The notes below the pieces were generated by a model. The model was not told where the DNA came from. It searched no databases and saw only the letters and a program-made list of their open reading frames with translations. 56,363 nucleotides of DNA from a virus (Duplodnaviria > Caudoviricetes): IMG/VR virus record IMGVR_UViG_3300047373_000289, positions 1 through 56,363 of that record; one strand, written 5' to 3'. This document shows, piece by piece, positions 35,965-45,106 of this stretch; the stretch's first letter is position 1, and every line of letters starts with the position of its first letter. Both the position numbers and the translations under genes were made by a program.

Positions 35965-38900
35965 ATGGCAAACGGCAACGATTACTCTCAGTATACACAA
36001 GGTATGACTGAGGCGCAGGCCAACGAGTTTGCGCGTTTAGCAGAAATATATAACACTCGGTTTCAAAGACAGGGGGCTAGACCAGACATGGAGGGGTTAG
36101 AGGCCGAGGAGCTAACCCTAAGCGATTACAGCCAGGATATACAAAACATACTTAGAGACGATAGATATTCTCAAATAGTAGACTCTTCTAAGAGGAGGGC
36201 TATGGACAAGATGCTTTCTGATTATGGTTTTGAAGCTGCTCCTTACTTTGATGCCAACCCTACTGCGACATCTATAGATGTTATGAGGGCTACAAACTTT
36301 AATGGGTTTGCAGACAAAGAAAAAAGATACTCAGACCCAAGCACCTTCACAAACGAATCGGGCAGATCAAAAGCCAAGGAAGAGCTATACAACGAATACG
36401 AGTCCACATTTCAAAACTCTTTTTTGTTTCCTGAGCTAGGGTCTGGACTTAGAGACATAGTTCCAGACTACATAAAAAACGACCCAGAAAAAATGGCTGA
36501 CTTTGAGTCGGCTTTTTACTATGAGACGGGTGGTGCTAAAATTGACTTTGACGAAAGCGGGAGAATAGGAGGCGTTTACACTGACAGCTCTGTTGGTAAT
36601 TTTATGAGAGAGGGTGGATATAAAGTTGTAGATGTTGGAAATCAATTTGTTGAATGGGCTGCCACAACGTCTAACACGCTGTACTCAATTCTTGGGGGTG
36701 ATTTAGACAAAAAAAATAAAGAGTTTTTAAAGCGTCAAGAAGAGGGTGAAATAGAGACGGAATTTCAACGATTAGAAAGAGGTAGATCCGAAGGTGTTGG
36801 TTTCAACGACCCTATCTTTTGGGCTTCCTTTACAAGCCCCGAAGCCCGACAACAGCTTTTGAGGTCTAGCAGTGGATTAAGGACTGTTGACTTTAACGCT
36901 ATGATGGATCGTGGTGGACCAGACGATGCTGGTCAACTCTTAAGTGTTGGTCTTGATCAAATAATTCAGTCTGTACCATTAATGATAGACCTGGTTGCTG
37001 GTGGGGGTATAGCGAAGGGACTATTAAGAGGCACTTCAAAAAAATTAGCCACAGAAGCTACAAAAAAATCTCTTAAAGCTGTTAACTTGTCTGCTGCAAA
37101 AGTATCAAACCTTATGAATCAGGGTGGTGCTTTTGTAGTGTCGGGAGGCTTAGTTGCTGGTCAAATACATTCAGACAACATAGGTCAGGAGTGGTACGAC
37201 AACCTAAGCGAAGGTGAGAGGTTTAATTATTTAGCTGTTCAAGCTGGTTCTGAAGTTCTTTCTGGAATGGTTTTGAATAGGGCGTTTGCTAGGGGTTTTG
37301 GCAAAAGTGCTATGACTCATAACATATTTAAATCACAGCAAAACGCTGTAAAAGAGTGGGGCAAGAATGCCGCTAGATCAACGTTTCTAGGTATTGGAGA
37401 GGAAAGTATCGCAGAGGCTGGTACGGCTGCCGTTCAGTACTACAACGAAGTAAACGCAAGAAGAGCTGGTGGTGATGAGTCCGCTTACATTGATGGAGAG
37501 GAGTTAAAGCGCAAGGTGTTTGAAGGCGCAGTAGCTGGTATTCTTATGGGGGGTATGGCGGGGGGTCTTAGCGGAACAATAGGCGGTGGAGCTCAAGCCA
37601 CTCTAGCCACCTTAAACGCTAAGGCTGTAGAAAGTAAGAAGAAAGTTGATGAAGCAGCTAAAGCAATGGACGCTGCAAATACATTGACTGGCAAGAAGGA
37701 AGCTATGGAGCGCCTTGAAAGAGAGGTCAAAAGACACTCTGGGGCTCAATCAGCCCTGTCTAGAGCATACAACAGAATTAGAGAAGCTTCTCCAGAAAAG
37801 TTTGAGGAAATAGCCAGGCTACAGGGAGAGATAAATGTAAATGTAGAGAACTACAAAAAGAACACTAACGAAGAAGGTAGAGGAGCTTTATTTCAAGAAA
37901 TAAAATCTCTTGTTGAGAAGAAGCAACAACTTGAAAACGAAGCATTTGAAGGTGACACGAAGTTTGAGGACGTCATAAAAGAAGAGTTTGAAAACGTAGC
38001 AAAAGAAAGAGGGGCTAAGGTCAAGGCTTTTAACGCTTCGATGGAGAGTGACCCAGAGACTTTGGCTCAGAAAGAAATAGCTGGCGAGCTTGAATCTCAG
38101 AAAGCATCTTTAGAAGCAGCTAAAGCTGTTAATGCGCCAGAACAAAACACAGACGACGACACACAAGATCAGCAGGGTGAGACGCAGGAGGATTCAGACA
38201 TGCAAAGAAACCCAGATGCGCCTATCGAGGGGGTGGAGGGTGATGCCAATAACCTCATGAGTCCGACAGATTTGGAAGGTCAACCCCTTGCTGGTAAGTA
38301 TAGAGACATTGTAGGTAGGGTAAACAACCTTCTTAAGGCTTTTAAGCCTTTGGGTATTAACGCTGTTGTACATACTACAGAGCAAAGCTTCTTTAACGCT
38401 ACAGGAGCTACGTCATTAGGTATGTTTAGGCAGGGTAAAACCGTACACATAAACCTAGAAAAAGCCAACGCAGGAACCAACACGGTTAGGCACGAGTTTC
38501 TGCATGCTGCGTTTATGACGCTTACACCCCAGCAAAAGCAACAGTTCTTAGAAGAGCTAAGGTCAATTAGAGGTATTAACGCTAGGAATATCGAAAGGGC
38601 TGTAGAAGAAACTTACTCTGATTACGATTCTGAGAGTCTAATAGAGGAAAAGATAGTTAATATACTAGAGAACGCTCTTGACAGCACCTCCTTAGAGGCT
38701 AGACAGTCAACAATACAGAAGATTGCAAACTTCTTCAGAAGGTTGCTAGGGCTAAAAGAACAGATTACCGAAAGCGACCTGCAAGGCTTTGTGCGTCAAT
38801 TTAGAGCCGCTGAGAGAAGCGGAGTAGAGTTCGAGGGGGGTAGGGCATCCCAAGGGGCTGATATGGACGCAAGGGACCTAGGAATGAACCGAGGAGGTTT

Positions 38901-41900
38901 TAAGTCAACAGCCTACCCAGATCTAATCCGAAAGAAGGTTAGCTATGCTAAAACCTTCCTGAACAAGACGGGTGAACAGTATCAGTTGTTTGATGAGGTG
39001 TTTGTTAATGATTACTGGCACTTCAGAAACTGGTGGATCAGAGAAACAGGCAACGGGAAGAGAGGTGACGTTCTTAGTGATTTTACTTACGAAGGTGAAA
39101 ACGGACAGCGGAAGAAAATTAACCCACCAAGACCTAAAGTAGACAAGTCTACAGGGGAGATTGTTGATATGGAGCCGAAGCTACAGACTCCATTCGAAAT
39201 GAAGTTTGCGGCTAATCAGAGGGCTGCGGGGCGTCGCGACATGTCGGCAGACAGAGATAGCGCTACCGACTCCTTAGTGGGGGGTATACTGGAGGTGGTC
39301 GGGCTAAGCAAAAGAGGAGGCAGGAAAGAAAGCCGAACTGAGTTGTTTGTTGATAGTCGTGGCTCTGAAACAGAAGGTAGGTCTGAGCTGCCAGTAGTGT
39401 TTAGCGACACCATCTTCACAGAGGGGTTGAGAAACATGCAGTTTCAAAACGAATACGGGGATGCCGTTCGTAGCACAATGGAGGACTTTGCTTTCTTAGT
39501 GCCTAAGGATCAATCAGGAGAGTTTGCATACAGCATTCGAAACAACGGTGACGGATCGGTTACTATAGAGGCTCATTCAGATTTTATACCCATTGATCAG
39601 GCAGGCGACGGCGAGAGCGTTGCTCAAGGAAAAACAAACCTATCAGAAGGTCTAGAGGCTCGTGTATTAAACGTAGAGTCAGAAGAGTTTCTTGGAAAAG
39701 AAGCGAATAGAGGTACTATGCAGGCTGATACTCAAAACACTTCAGCTTTCGCGGTAGGCTTTGATCAAACTAAAGATAAGTCTGGGGTTGCAGACTTAGT
39801 AAAAAGAGGTGTTTCCTTGATCTCAGCTCACATAGATAGAGCTAAGGCTGAGGCTATTGAGGCTACGTTAATTAGAATGGCTCTTGAAGAAGCCAAAGGA
39901 ATGAAAGACGGGGACATAGGATACATAACCGTTTATCAAACACTGCTAAGCCCTGACTCAACCTTGGGTAATCCTCTTGTGTTTAGCGATATGTTTTTGG
40001 GTAAATACGAATCCAGAGATGGTTCGTTAAAGCGATTTGTAGAAAAACAAAGGCTTGTTGATTTCTTAAACTCTTCTTTTAAGAAAGACGCACCTCTAAA
40101 GAATAGCGTTCGAAACCTACTTGAAGGAGGAACTGGACTTGAGAGTGTCTTTGATTTAATAAAAACTGGTGAAGAGGTAGTACTTACTGACGAGCAATAC
40201 AATGAAATTTCTCAGCTGATTGGTGAAAATTCCAGGGCTTTTAGCTTCAATCAAAGAACTGAAATAGCGAAGGCTTTGTTTAAAGATCGAAACATTTCTA
40301 AGACGATTTTTCTAAACAAGCACAATGATCCAATATGGCAAAAAGCGGGAGTTGAAAAAGGGGAGATTGTTGCCTATACTGTAATACCATTTAAGTACAA
40401 TAAAAAGGGTAAAACCGACAGGGCTAAAATAGAGGGGTTTATATCCAGAACTGACTCCAATAAAGATAATCCGTTTCAGGGTTTAATTGTTCCTGCTGCT
40501 GTTGTTGACGGAAAGATTGTTGACGGAGCTCAACTAGAAGACAGGGACGGAAACAAAGTTCCATTACCTCAAACTAAGATACCGACTAAAGCTTATCACG
40601 TTACGGAGGTGTTTGGAGGGAAGTATAAGAGACTGTCAAAAGACAAGGGTCAAGGCTTGGTTGATGAAAATGTTGACTTAAGAAAAAAACCTGAAAGCGA
40701 GCAGCAAGGATTGATGAACACACAGGTGGCTATTGGAATTAGAGGCAGGGCTTTTGATCCAGATAACTCCACCGTGCGTATTAACGAGGACAGTGAAGCC
40801 CAAGGTGTTAAAAGTAAAAAACAAACGAAAAAAACCGCTGAGGTAATTAGAGAATCAAGAGATTTAGGGTTGAGCTTAGATAATCAAACTGAACTGCCGT
40901 TTGAGCCTAACAACCTAAACTCATTTCAGGCTTTCATGGCTCGTATGGATCAGCTGTTCGCTAACAAGTATGCTAACGTAATGCGTTTGCAGAAAACCAT
41001 TGAAAAAGCCAAGGGTAAGGTAGTAGACTTGAGCAAGGACTTCATAAATGCTGAGGCTCTTCTTTACGGTAAGACAGCTAACGATCTTGACAAGCTGGAT
41101 GGTAAGGTAAAAGACATCTCTCTAGAGATGAAGGACAAGGGTCTTAACTCCGAGGATGTATCAGAGTATCTCATCGCAAGACACGCAAAAGAGCGTAATG
41201 CTGTCATCTCCGAGCGTACAGAAGGCAAGGACGAGGCTGGCAGTGGTATGACCAACGAGAGGGCTGACGAGATCATGAACAGCCTTTCGCCCGAAAAGAA
41301 AGCTGCTCTTGAGTCAGTAGCCGCTAAGGTTGATGCCATCACAGCAGATACTAGAAAGACTATGGTCGAATTTGGACTCGAAGAGAAGTCTACAATCGAC
41401 GCTTTTGAGGCTATGTTCCAAAACTACGTACCTCTTGGAGGTTTGGCTTTGGATGAACAAAACGCAGATACCTCACTCTACCCAACAGGCGGAGCAGGCA
41501 TGAGCGTATACGGAGATACAACGAAACGAGCTAGAGGTCGTAAGAGCGAAGCACAAAATGTACTCGCACAGGCGATTGCACAGAACGCAGCTGTACACGC
41601 CAAGGCACGTAAGAACGAAGCACTATCATCACTTTACAAGCTCGTAAAGGATAACCCTAACCCTAAGGTATGGAGACTCGCTAAGGAGGTTCCGTTCGAC
41701 GCTCAGAGTGCTGTAGGTGTAAGGGTTAATGGTGAGCAACAGTTTATTGTGTTTGCCAACCCAGACATGGCTAAGTCGTTAAAGAATATGGGGGTTGAGA
41801 AGCTGGACCTTTTCAGTAAGGCTATGCGTAGGTTCTCTGGCTTCCTAAGACGCTCATTCACAACGGCTAACCCTGAATTTATTATCTCCAACTTCGCGAG

Positions 41901-43530
41901 GGACATCCAGTCAGCTATGTTCAACGCTATGGCGGAGGCAGACATTCCAGGCGGTCAGATTCCAGGGCGCCATATCGCGGCCAACGTGATGACCCGTGTG
42001 AAGCAAACCTTACCAGCTCTCCTAAAGAACGCGGTAGGTAAAGACCTCTCTCCAGAGATAGCCGCATACTTCGAAGAATTCAAGGAGGACGGCGGTCAGA
42101 CGGGATGGGGTTTTGTAAAAGACGTAGAGACTATTGCAGCTGAGATAGAGTCAGAGGTAAACGAGAAGAGCAAGGCTAAGAAAGCATCCGAATGGATGGC
42201 TAGAAACAGCATAGAGGTTATTGAGAACGTGAACGATGCGTTTGAGAACTCTGTTCGTCTTGCAGCATACATCGAAGCTAGAAAGGCAGGAGTGAGCAGG
42301 GAGAAAGCAGCAGAGCTTGCTAAAAACATCACCGTGAACTTTAACAGATCAGGAGAGCTCGGACCAATGGCTAACGCATGGTACATGTTCTTCAACGCAT
42401 CTGTACAGGGTACCGTAAGACTTGCTCGATCACTGGGTACCATGAAAGACTTGCGTAAGCCTAACGGAGAGCTTGAGTCAAGATTTAAAAGGCTGAATGC
42501 AGCTCAGAAGATGGCCTTTGGATTATCCCTTACTACTGGTATGCTTACGATGGTAAACATGGCGATGAGTGACGACGACGAGGATGGGGTTTCTTTCTAC
42601 GAAAAGATTCCAGACTACGAGAAGGAGCGTAACCTGATTATCATGTACAGCGGAAAGAACTACTTTAAGGTGCCTCTCCCATACGGCTTTAATGTATTCG
42701 CAAACTTAGGAACGTCTATGGCTGAGACCGCTAACGGTCAGAGAGAGCCACTAGACGCAGGTATGTTCTTGTTGAACTCTGCGTTCAGCTCGTTCTCCCC
42801 GATTAGTTTTGGTCAGTCGAAAGATGCATCCAAGTACTTGGCAAAAGGATTGTCTCCAACTATACTAAAGCCATTCGTTGACATTGCTGTAAATGAAACT
42901 TATTTCGGTAGCTCTGTATACAGGGAGCAGTTCCCAGTAGGCGCACCTAAGCCACAGGCTGAGATGTCATACCGATCACCTGAGGGGGTTAGAAGTTTCT
43001 TCCAGTGGATGAACGAAGCCACAGGTGGAAGTGAGCAGGTACCAGGATCGGCAGACTTCAACCCAGATAAGTTCTGGTACGGATTTGAGTACTACATCGG
43101 TGGTGCTGGTCAGTTCATTACTCGATCACTTGGTACAGGTAAAGACCTCTTCGAAACTATCAAGGAGGGAAAGAAAGTGCCTATGAAGGCTAACGACTTC
43201 CCGTTCTTAAGAAAGCTGTATGGTGAGGCGTCAAAGTACTATGACTCAGACACTTACACGGACAATGCTAATCTAGTTTCTCAACTGTATAAAGAGAGAA
43301 AAGAAGCAGAAGACAAGAATGATAAGCGGTATAAGGGTGTGATGAAGCTGGAGTCTGCTCGAAAAGCAACAGAGAAGAAAATTAAAAGGCTTCGTAAGCT
43401 ACGCAAGGAAGCAAGAGATATCAAGAACTACGTTGAAAAGCAAAACAGGATCTACGAACTCTACGAGAAAGAACGAAGCCTGTTGATGCAGTTTAACAAA
43501 CAATACGAACAGCTACGTGGAAAAGATTAA
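35965..43530 (+). CDS. large polyvalent cargo protein (zincin-like peptidase and LPD38-type C-terminus)
   Basis: 2521 aa; VHIN...TVRHEFLH; AKNITVNFNRSG...YMFFNASVQG...IPDYEKERN...KVPLPYGF. Confidence 0.8.
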   Translation: MANGNDYSQYTQGMTEAQANEFARLAEIYNTRFQRQGARPDMEGLEAEELTLSDYSQDIQNILRDDRYSQIVDSSKRRAMDKMLSDYGFEAAPYFDANPTATSIDVMRATNFNGFADKEKRYSDPSTFTNESGRSKAKEELYNEYESTFQNSFLFPELGSGLRDIVPDYIKNDPEKMADFESAFYYETGGAKIDFDESGRIGGVYTDSSVGNFMREGGYKVVDVGNQFVEWAATTSNTLYSILGGDLDKKNKEFLKRQEEGEIETEFQRLERGRSEGVGFNDPIFWASFTSPEARQQLLRSSSGLRTVDFNAMMDRGGPDDAGQLLSVGLDQIIQSVPLMIDLVAGGGIAKGLLRGTSKKLATEATKKSLKAVNLSAAKVSNLMNQGGAFVVSGGLVAGQIHSDNIGQEWYDNLSEGERFNYLAVQAGSEVLSGMVLNRAFARGFGKSAMTHNIFKSQQNAVKEWGKNAARSTFLGIGEESIAEAGTAAVQYYNEVNARRAGGDESAYIDGEELKRKVFEGAVAGILMGGMAGGLSGTIGGGAQATLATLNAKAVESKKKVDEAAKAMDAANTLTGKKEAMERLEREVKRHSGAQSALSRAYNRIREASPEKFEEIARLQGEINVNVENYKKNTNEEGRGALFQEIKSLVEKKQQLENEAFEGDTKFEDVIKEEFENVAKERGAKVKAFNASMESDPETLAQKEIAGELESQKASLEAAKAVNAPEQNTDDDTQDQQGETQEDSDMQRNPDAPIEGVEGDANNLMSPTDLEGQPLAGKYRDIVGRVNNLLKAFKPLGINAVVHTTEQSFFNATGATSLGMFRQGKTVHINLEKANAGTNTVRHEFLHAAFMTLTPQQKQQFLEELRSIRGINARNIERAVEETYSDYDSESLIEEKIVNILENALDSTSLEARQSTIQKIANFFRRLLGLKEQITESDLQGFVRQFRAAERSGVEFEGGRASQGADMDARDLGMNRGGFKSTAYPDLIRKKVSYAKTFLNKTGEQYQLFDEVFVNDYWHFRNWWIRETGNGKRGDVLSDFTYEGENGQRKKINPPRPKVDKSTGEIVDMEPKLQTPFEMKFAANQRAAGRRDMSADRDSATDSLVGGILEVVGLSKRGGRKESRTELFVDSRGSETEGRSELPVVFSDTIFTEGLRNMQFQNEYGDAVRSTMEDFAFLVPKDQSGEFAYSIRNNGDGSVTIEAHSDFIPIDQAGDGESVAQGKTNLSEGLEARVLNVESEEFLGKEANRGTMQADTQNTSAFAVGFDQTKDKSGVADLVKRGVSLISAHIDRAKAEAIEATLIRMALEEAKGMKDGDIGYITVYQTLLSPDSTLGNPLVFSDMFLGKYESRDGSLKRFVEKQRLVDFLNSSFKKDAPLKNSVRNLLEGGTGLESVFDLIKTGEEVVLTDEQYNEISQLIGENSRAFSFNQRTEIAKALFKDRNISKTIFLNKHNDPIWQKAGVEKGEIVAYTVIPFKYNKKGKTDRAKIEGFISRTDSNKDNPFQGLIVPAAVVDGKIVDGAQLEDRDGNKVPLPQTKIPTKAYHVTEVFGGKYKRLSKDKGQGLVDENVDLRKKPESEQQGLMNTQVAIGIRGRAFDPDNSTVRINEDSEAQGVKSKKQTKKTAEVIRESRDLGLSLDNQTELPFEPNNLNSFQAFMARMDQLFANKYANVMRLQKTIEKAKGKVVDLSKDFINAEALLYGKTANDLDKLDGKVKDISLEMKDKGLNSEDVSEYLIARHAKERNAVISERTEGKDEAGSGMTNERADEIMNSLSPEKKAALESVAAKVDAITADTRKTMVEFGLEEKSTIDAFEAMFQNYVPLGGLALDEQNADTSLYPTGGAGMSVYGDTTKRARGRKSEAQNVLAQAIAQNAAVHAKARKNEALSSLYKLVKDNPNPKVWRLAKEVPFDAQSAVGVRVNGEQQFIVFANPDMAKSLKNMGVEKLDLFSKAMRRFSGFLRRSFTTANPEFIISNFARDIQSAMFNAMAEADIPGGQIPGRHIAANVMTRVKQTLPALLKNAVGKDLSPEIAAYFEEFKEDGGQTGWGFVKDVETIAAEIESEVNEKSKAKKASEWMARNSIEVIENVNDAFENSVRLAAYIEARKAGVSREKAAELAKNITVNFNRSGELGPMANAWYMFFNASVQGTVRLARSLGTMKDLRKPNGELESRFKRLNAAQKMAFGLSLTTGMLTMVNMAMSDDDEDGVSFYEKIPDYEKERNLIIMYSGKNYFKVPLPYGFNVFANLGTSMAETANGQREPLDAGMFLLNSAFSSFSPISFGQSKDASKYLAKGLSPTILKPFVDIAVNETYFGSSVYREQFPVGAPKPQAEMSYRSPEGVRSFFQWMNEATGGSEQVPGSADFNPDKFWYGFEYYIGGAGQFITRSLGTGKDLFETIKEGKKVPMKANDFPFLRKLYGEASKYYDSDTYTDNANLVSQLYKERKEAEDKNDKRYKGVMKLESARKATEKKIKRLRKLRKEARDIKNYVEKQNRIYELYEKERSLLMQFNKQYEQLRGKD

Positions 43531-43942
43531 AGACACCAATCTAGGAGGGTGGTTAAAAACCAAAGCTCCAGGCGTTTTAAGCATTGTAGGAGACCTCTTA
43601 CCAGACAAAGGGGGTCTTGGTATTGTGAAGAACTTATTGAGCAAGGAGAAGGGCGTAGATCCAGCAGAAGCTAAAGCAGCTATACAGGCTGAGGTTGAGT
43701 TTCAGAACAACGTATCTAGACGCTGGGAGGCTGATATGGCTAGCGATGTTAAGATCGCTAAGATTATTCGTCCAGCAACTATGATCGTTCTTATGCTGTT
43801 CTTTATGGTTATGATGATATGGGATGGGCTTGATGAAAGCTTTATGCCTAAGGAGAGTTATGTGTCTCTGTTAGAAATACTTATGCTTACAGTTTTTGGT
43901 GCGTACTTTGCGGGAAGAACTATCGAAAAAACCAAACGATGA
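43517..43942 (+). CDS. holin-like membrane protein (3TM holin family-like)
   Basis: RWEADMASD...IRP, two hydrophobic helices, GAYFAGRTIEK. Confidence 0.75.
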   Translation: MEKIKDTNLGGWLKTKAPGVLSIVGDLLPDKGGLGIVKNLLSKEKGVDPAEAKAAIQAEVEFQNNVSRRWEADMASDVKIAKIIRPATMIVLMLFFMVMMIWDGLDESFMPKESYVSLLEILMLTVFGAYFAGRTIEKTKR

Positions 43943-45072
43943 AACATCTAGCCCTCATACTATGCCTGCTCTCACAGCAAGTGATTGTAGGACAGGATTC
44001 CTGCGTTGTATTTGGAAACGAAAACATTCAACCTAGGATGATGGGGTACGTCCCAGAGCCGATGCAGTGGGAAGAGATAGATTACGTCTACCACATACAC
44101 TACACCGACAGCTTTCCAGATAGCTACATACCTGAGGATATCATTATGGATGCTCACCAGCATCTGAACGAGGAGTTCGACGAGGCTATGCTCAACTTCG
44201 ATCTAGTAGATATCGTGTACCACGACTTTGATGAGTTCTGGGGTGCTCCTGTGATCCTAGAGCAAAATAACATATGCGTACCGTATAGCCAGAGCGGGTT
44301 CCAATGGATGGATGCCTACGTAGAGGATCTGGTGTGGGACAGAGAGATATACATGAATGTCCATATATTCCCCACCTTCTGCAATGGGATACTTGGATTT
44401 GCCTGGACATCATACACAGCAAGCACTGAGCTTGAAGGGGTGTGGGTTAGGTCCGATGTGTTCGGCAACTATGGACCACAGCTAGCTTTCGACGATAGAG
44501 ATCAAAATAAAACATTAATACACGAAGTAGGACACTACGTAGGGTTGAAGCATGTGTTCCAAGGCGTAGAATTTTGCGGTGAAGACCTAGGGCCTTGCGA
44601 AGAAACAGGAGACTTTGTTTGTGATACCCCTCCCACCAAGGTGAACTGGAACTGTGTGAATCCAGTATGTCCACCAGGGCTGTACGGCTATGAGCCAAAC
44701 AATCACATGGATTACTACGTGGATTCCTGTAGGACGAACTTCACCCCTGGTCAAATAGAACGGATGCATTACATCCTGCCTATTGCTAGGCCAGGTATTA
44801 CTGATCAAGACCCGTACTGCTTAGGCGATTTAAACGGAGACCACGTAGTGGGTATGGTAGACCTTATGCTTATGCTTGCTAACTGGGAGGATCCCACTTG
44901 GGCAGCAGGAGATCTGAATGGTAATGGATACTTTAATGTGATAGACTTTTCAGTCTTCCTAGGTCAGTGGGGCACAATATGTTACGGTGCCGAACTTGAT
45001 CCTTTTTATAGGGAGGAGCCACTACCAGTCTTGAAACTAGAAAGGGGCCGAAGCCCCTTTCCATTCAAGTAG
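43939..45072 (+). CDS. secreted M43 (pappalysin-like) metalloprotease with C-terminal dockerin-like domain
   Basis: Signal peptide; HEVGHYVGLKH; GDFVCDTPP; Met-turn NHMDY; FTPGQIERM; paired GDLNGD and GDLNGNG loops. Confidence 0.9.
   Translation: MKHLALILCLLSQQVIVGQDSCVVFGNENIQPRMMGYVPEPMQWEEIDYVYHIHYTDSFPDSYIPEDIIMDAHQHLNEEFDEAMLNFDLVDIVYHDFDEFWGAPVILEQNNICVPYSQSGFQWMDAYVEDLVWDREIYMNVHIFPTFCNGILGFAWTSYTASTELEGVWVRSDVFGNYGPQLAFDDRDQNKTLIHEVGHYVGLKHVFQGVEFCGEDLGPCEETGDFVCDTPPTKVNWNCVNPVCPPGLYGYEPNNHMDYYVDSCRTNFTPGQIERMHYILPIARPGITDQDPYCLGDLNGDHVVGMVDLMLMLANWEDPTWAAGDLNGNGYFNVIDFSVFLGQWGTICYGAELDPFYREEPLPVLKLERGRSPFPFK
45041..45060. terminator. probably bidirectional terminator at the convergence of the two arms
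   Basis: AAAGGGGC-CGAA-GCCCCTTT; the loop reads cUUCGg on the - strand. Confidence 0.75.
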
Positions 45073-45106
45073 TACAGCTGGGATATCCAGCATTGATCTA
45101 GCCGCT

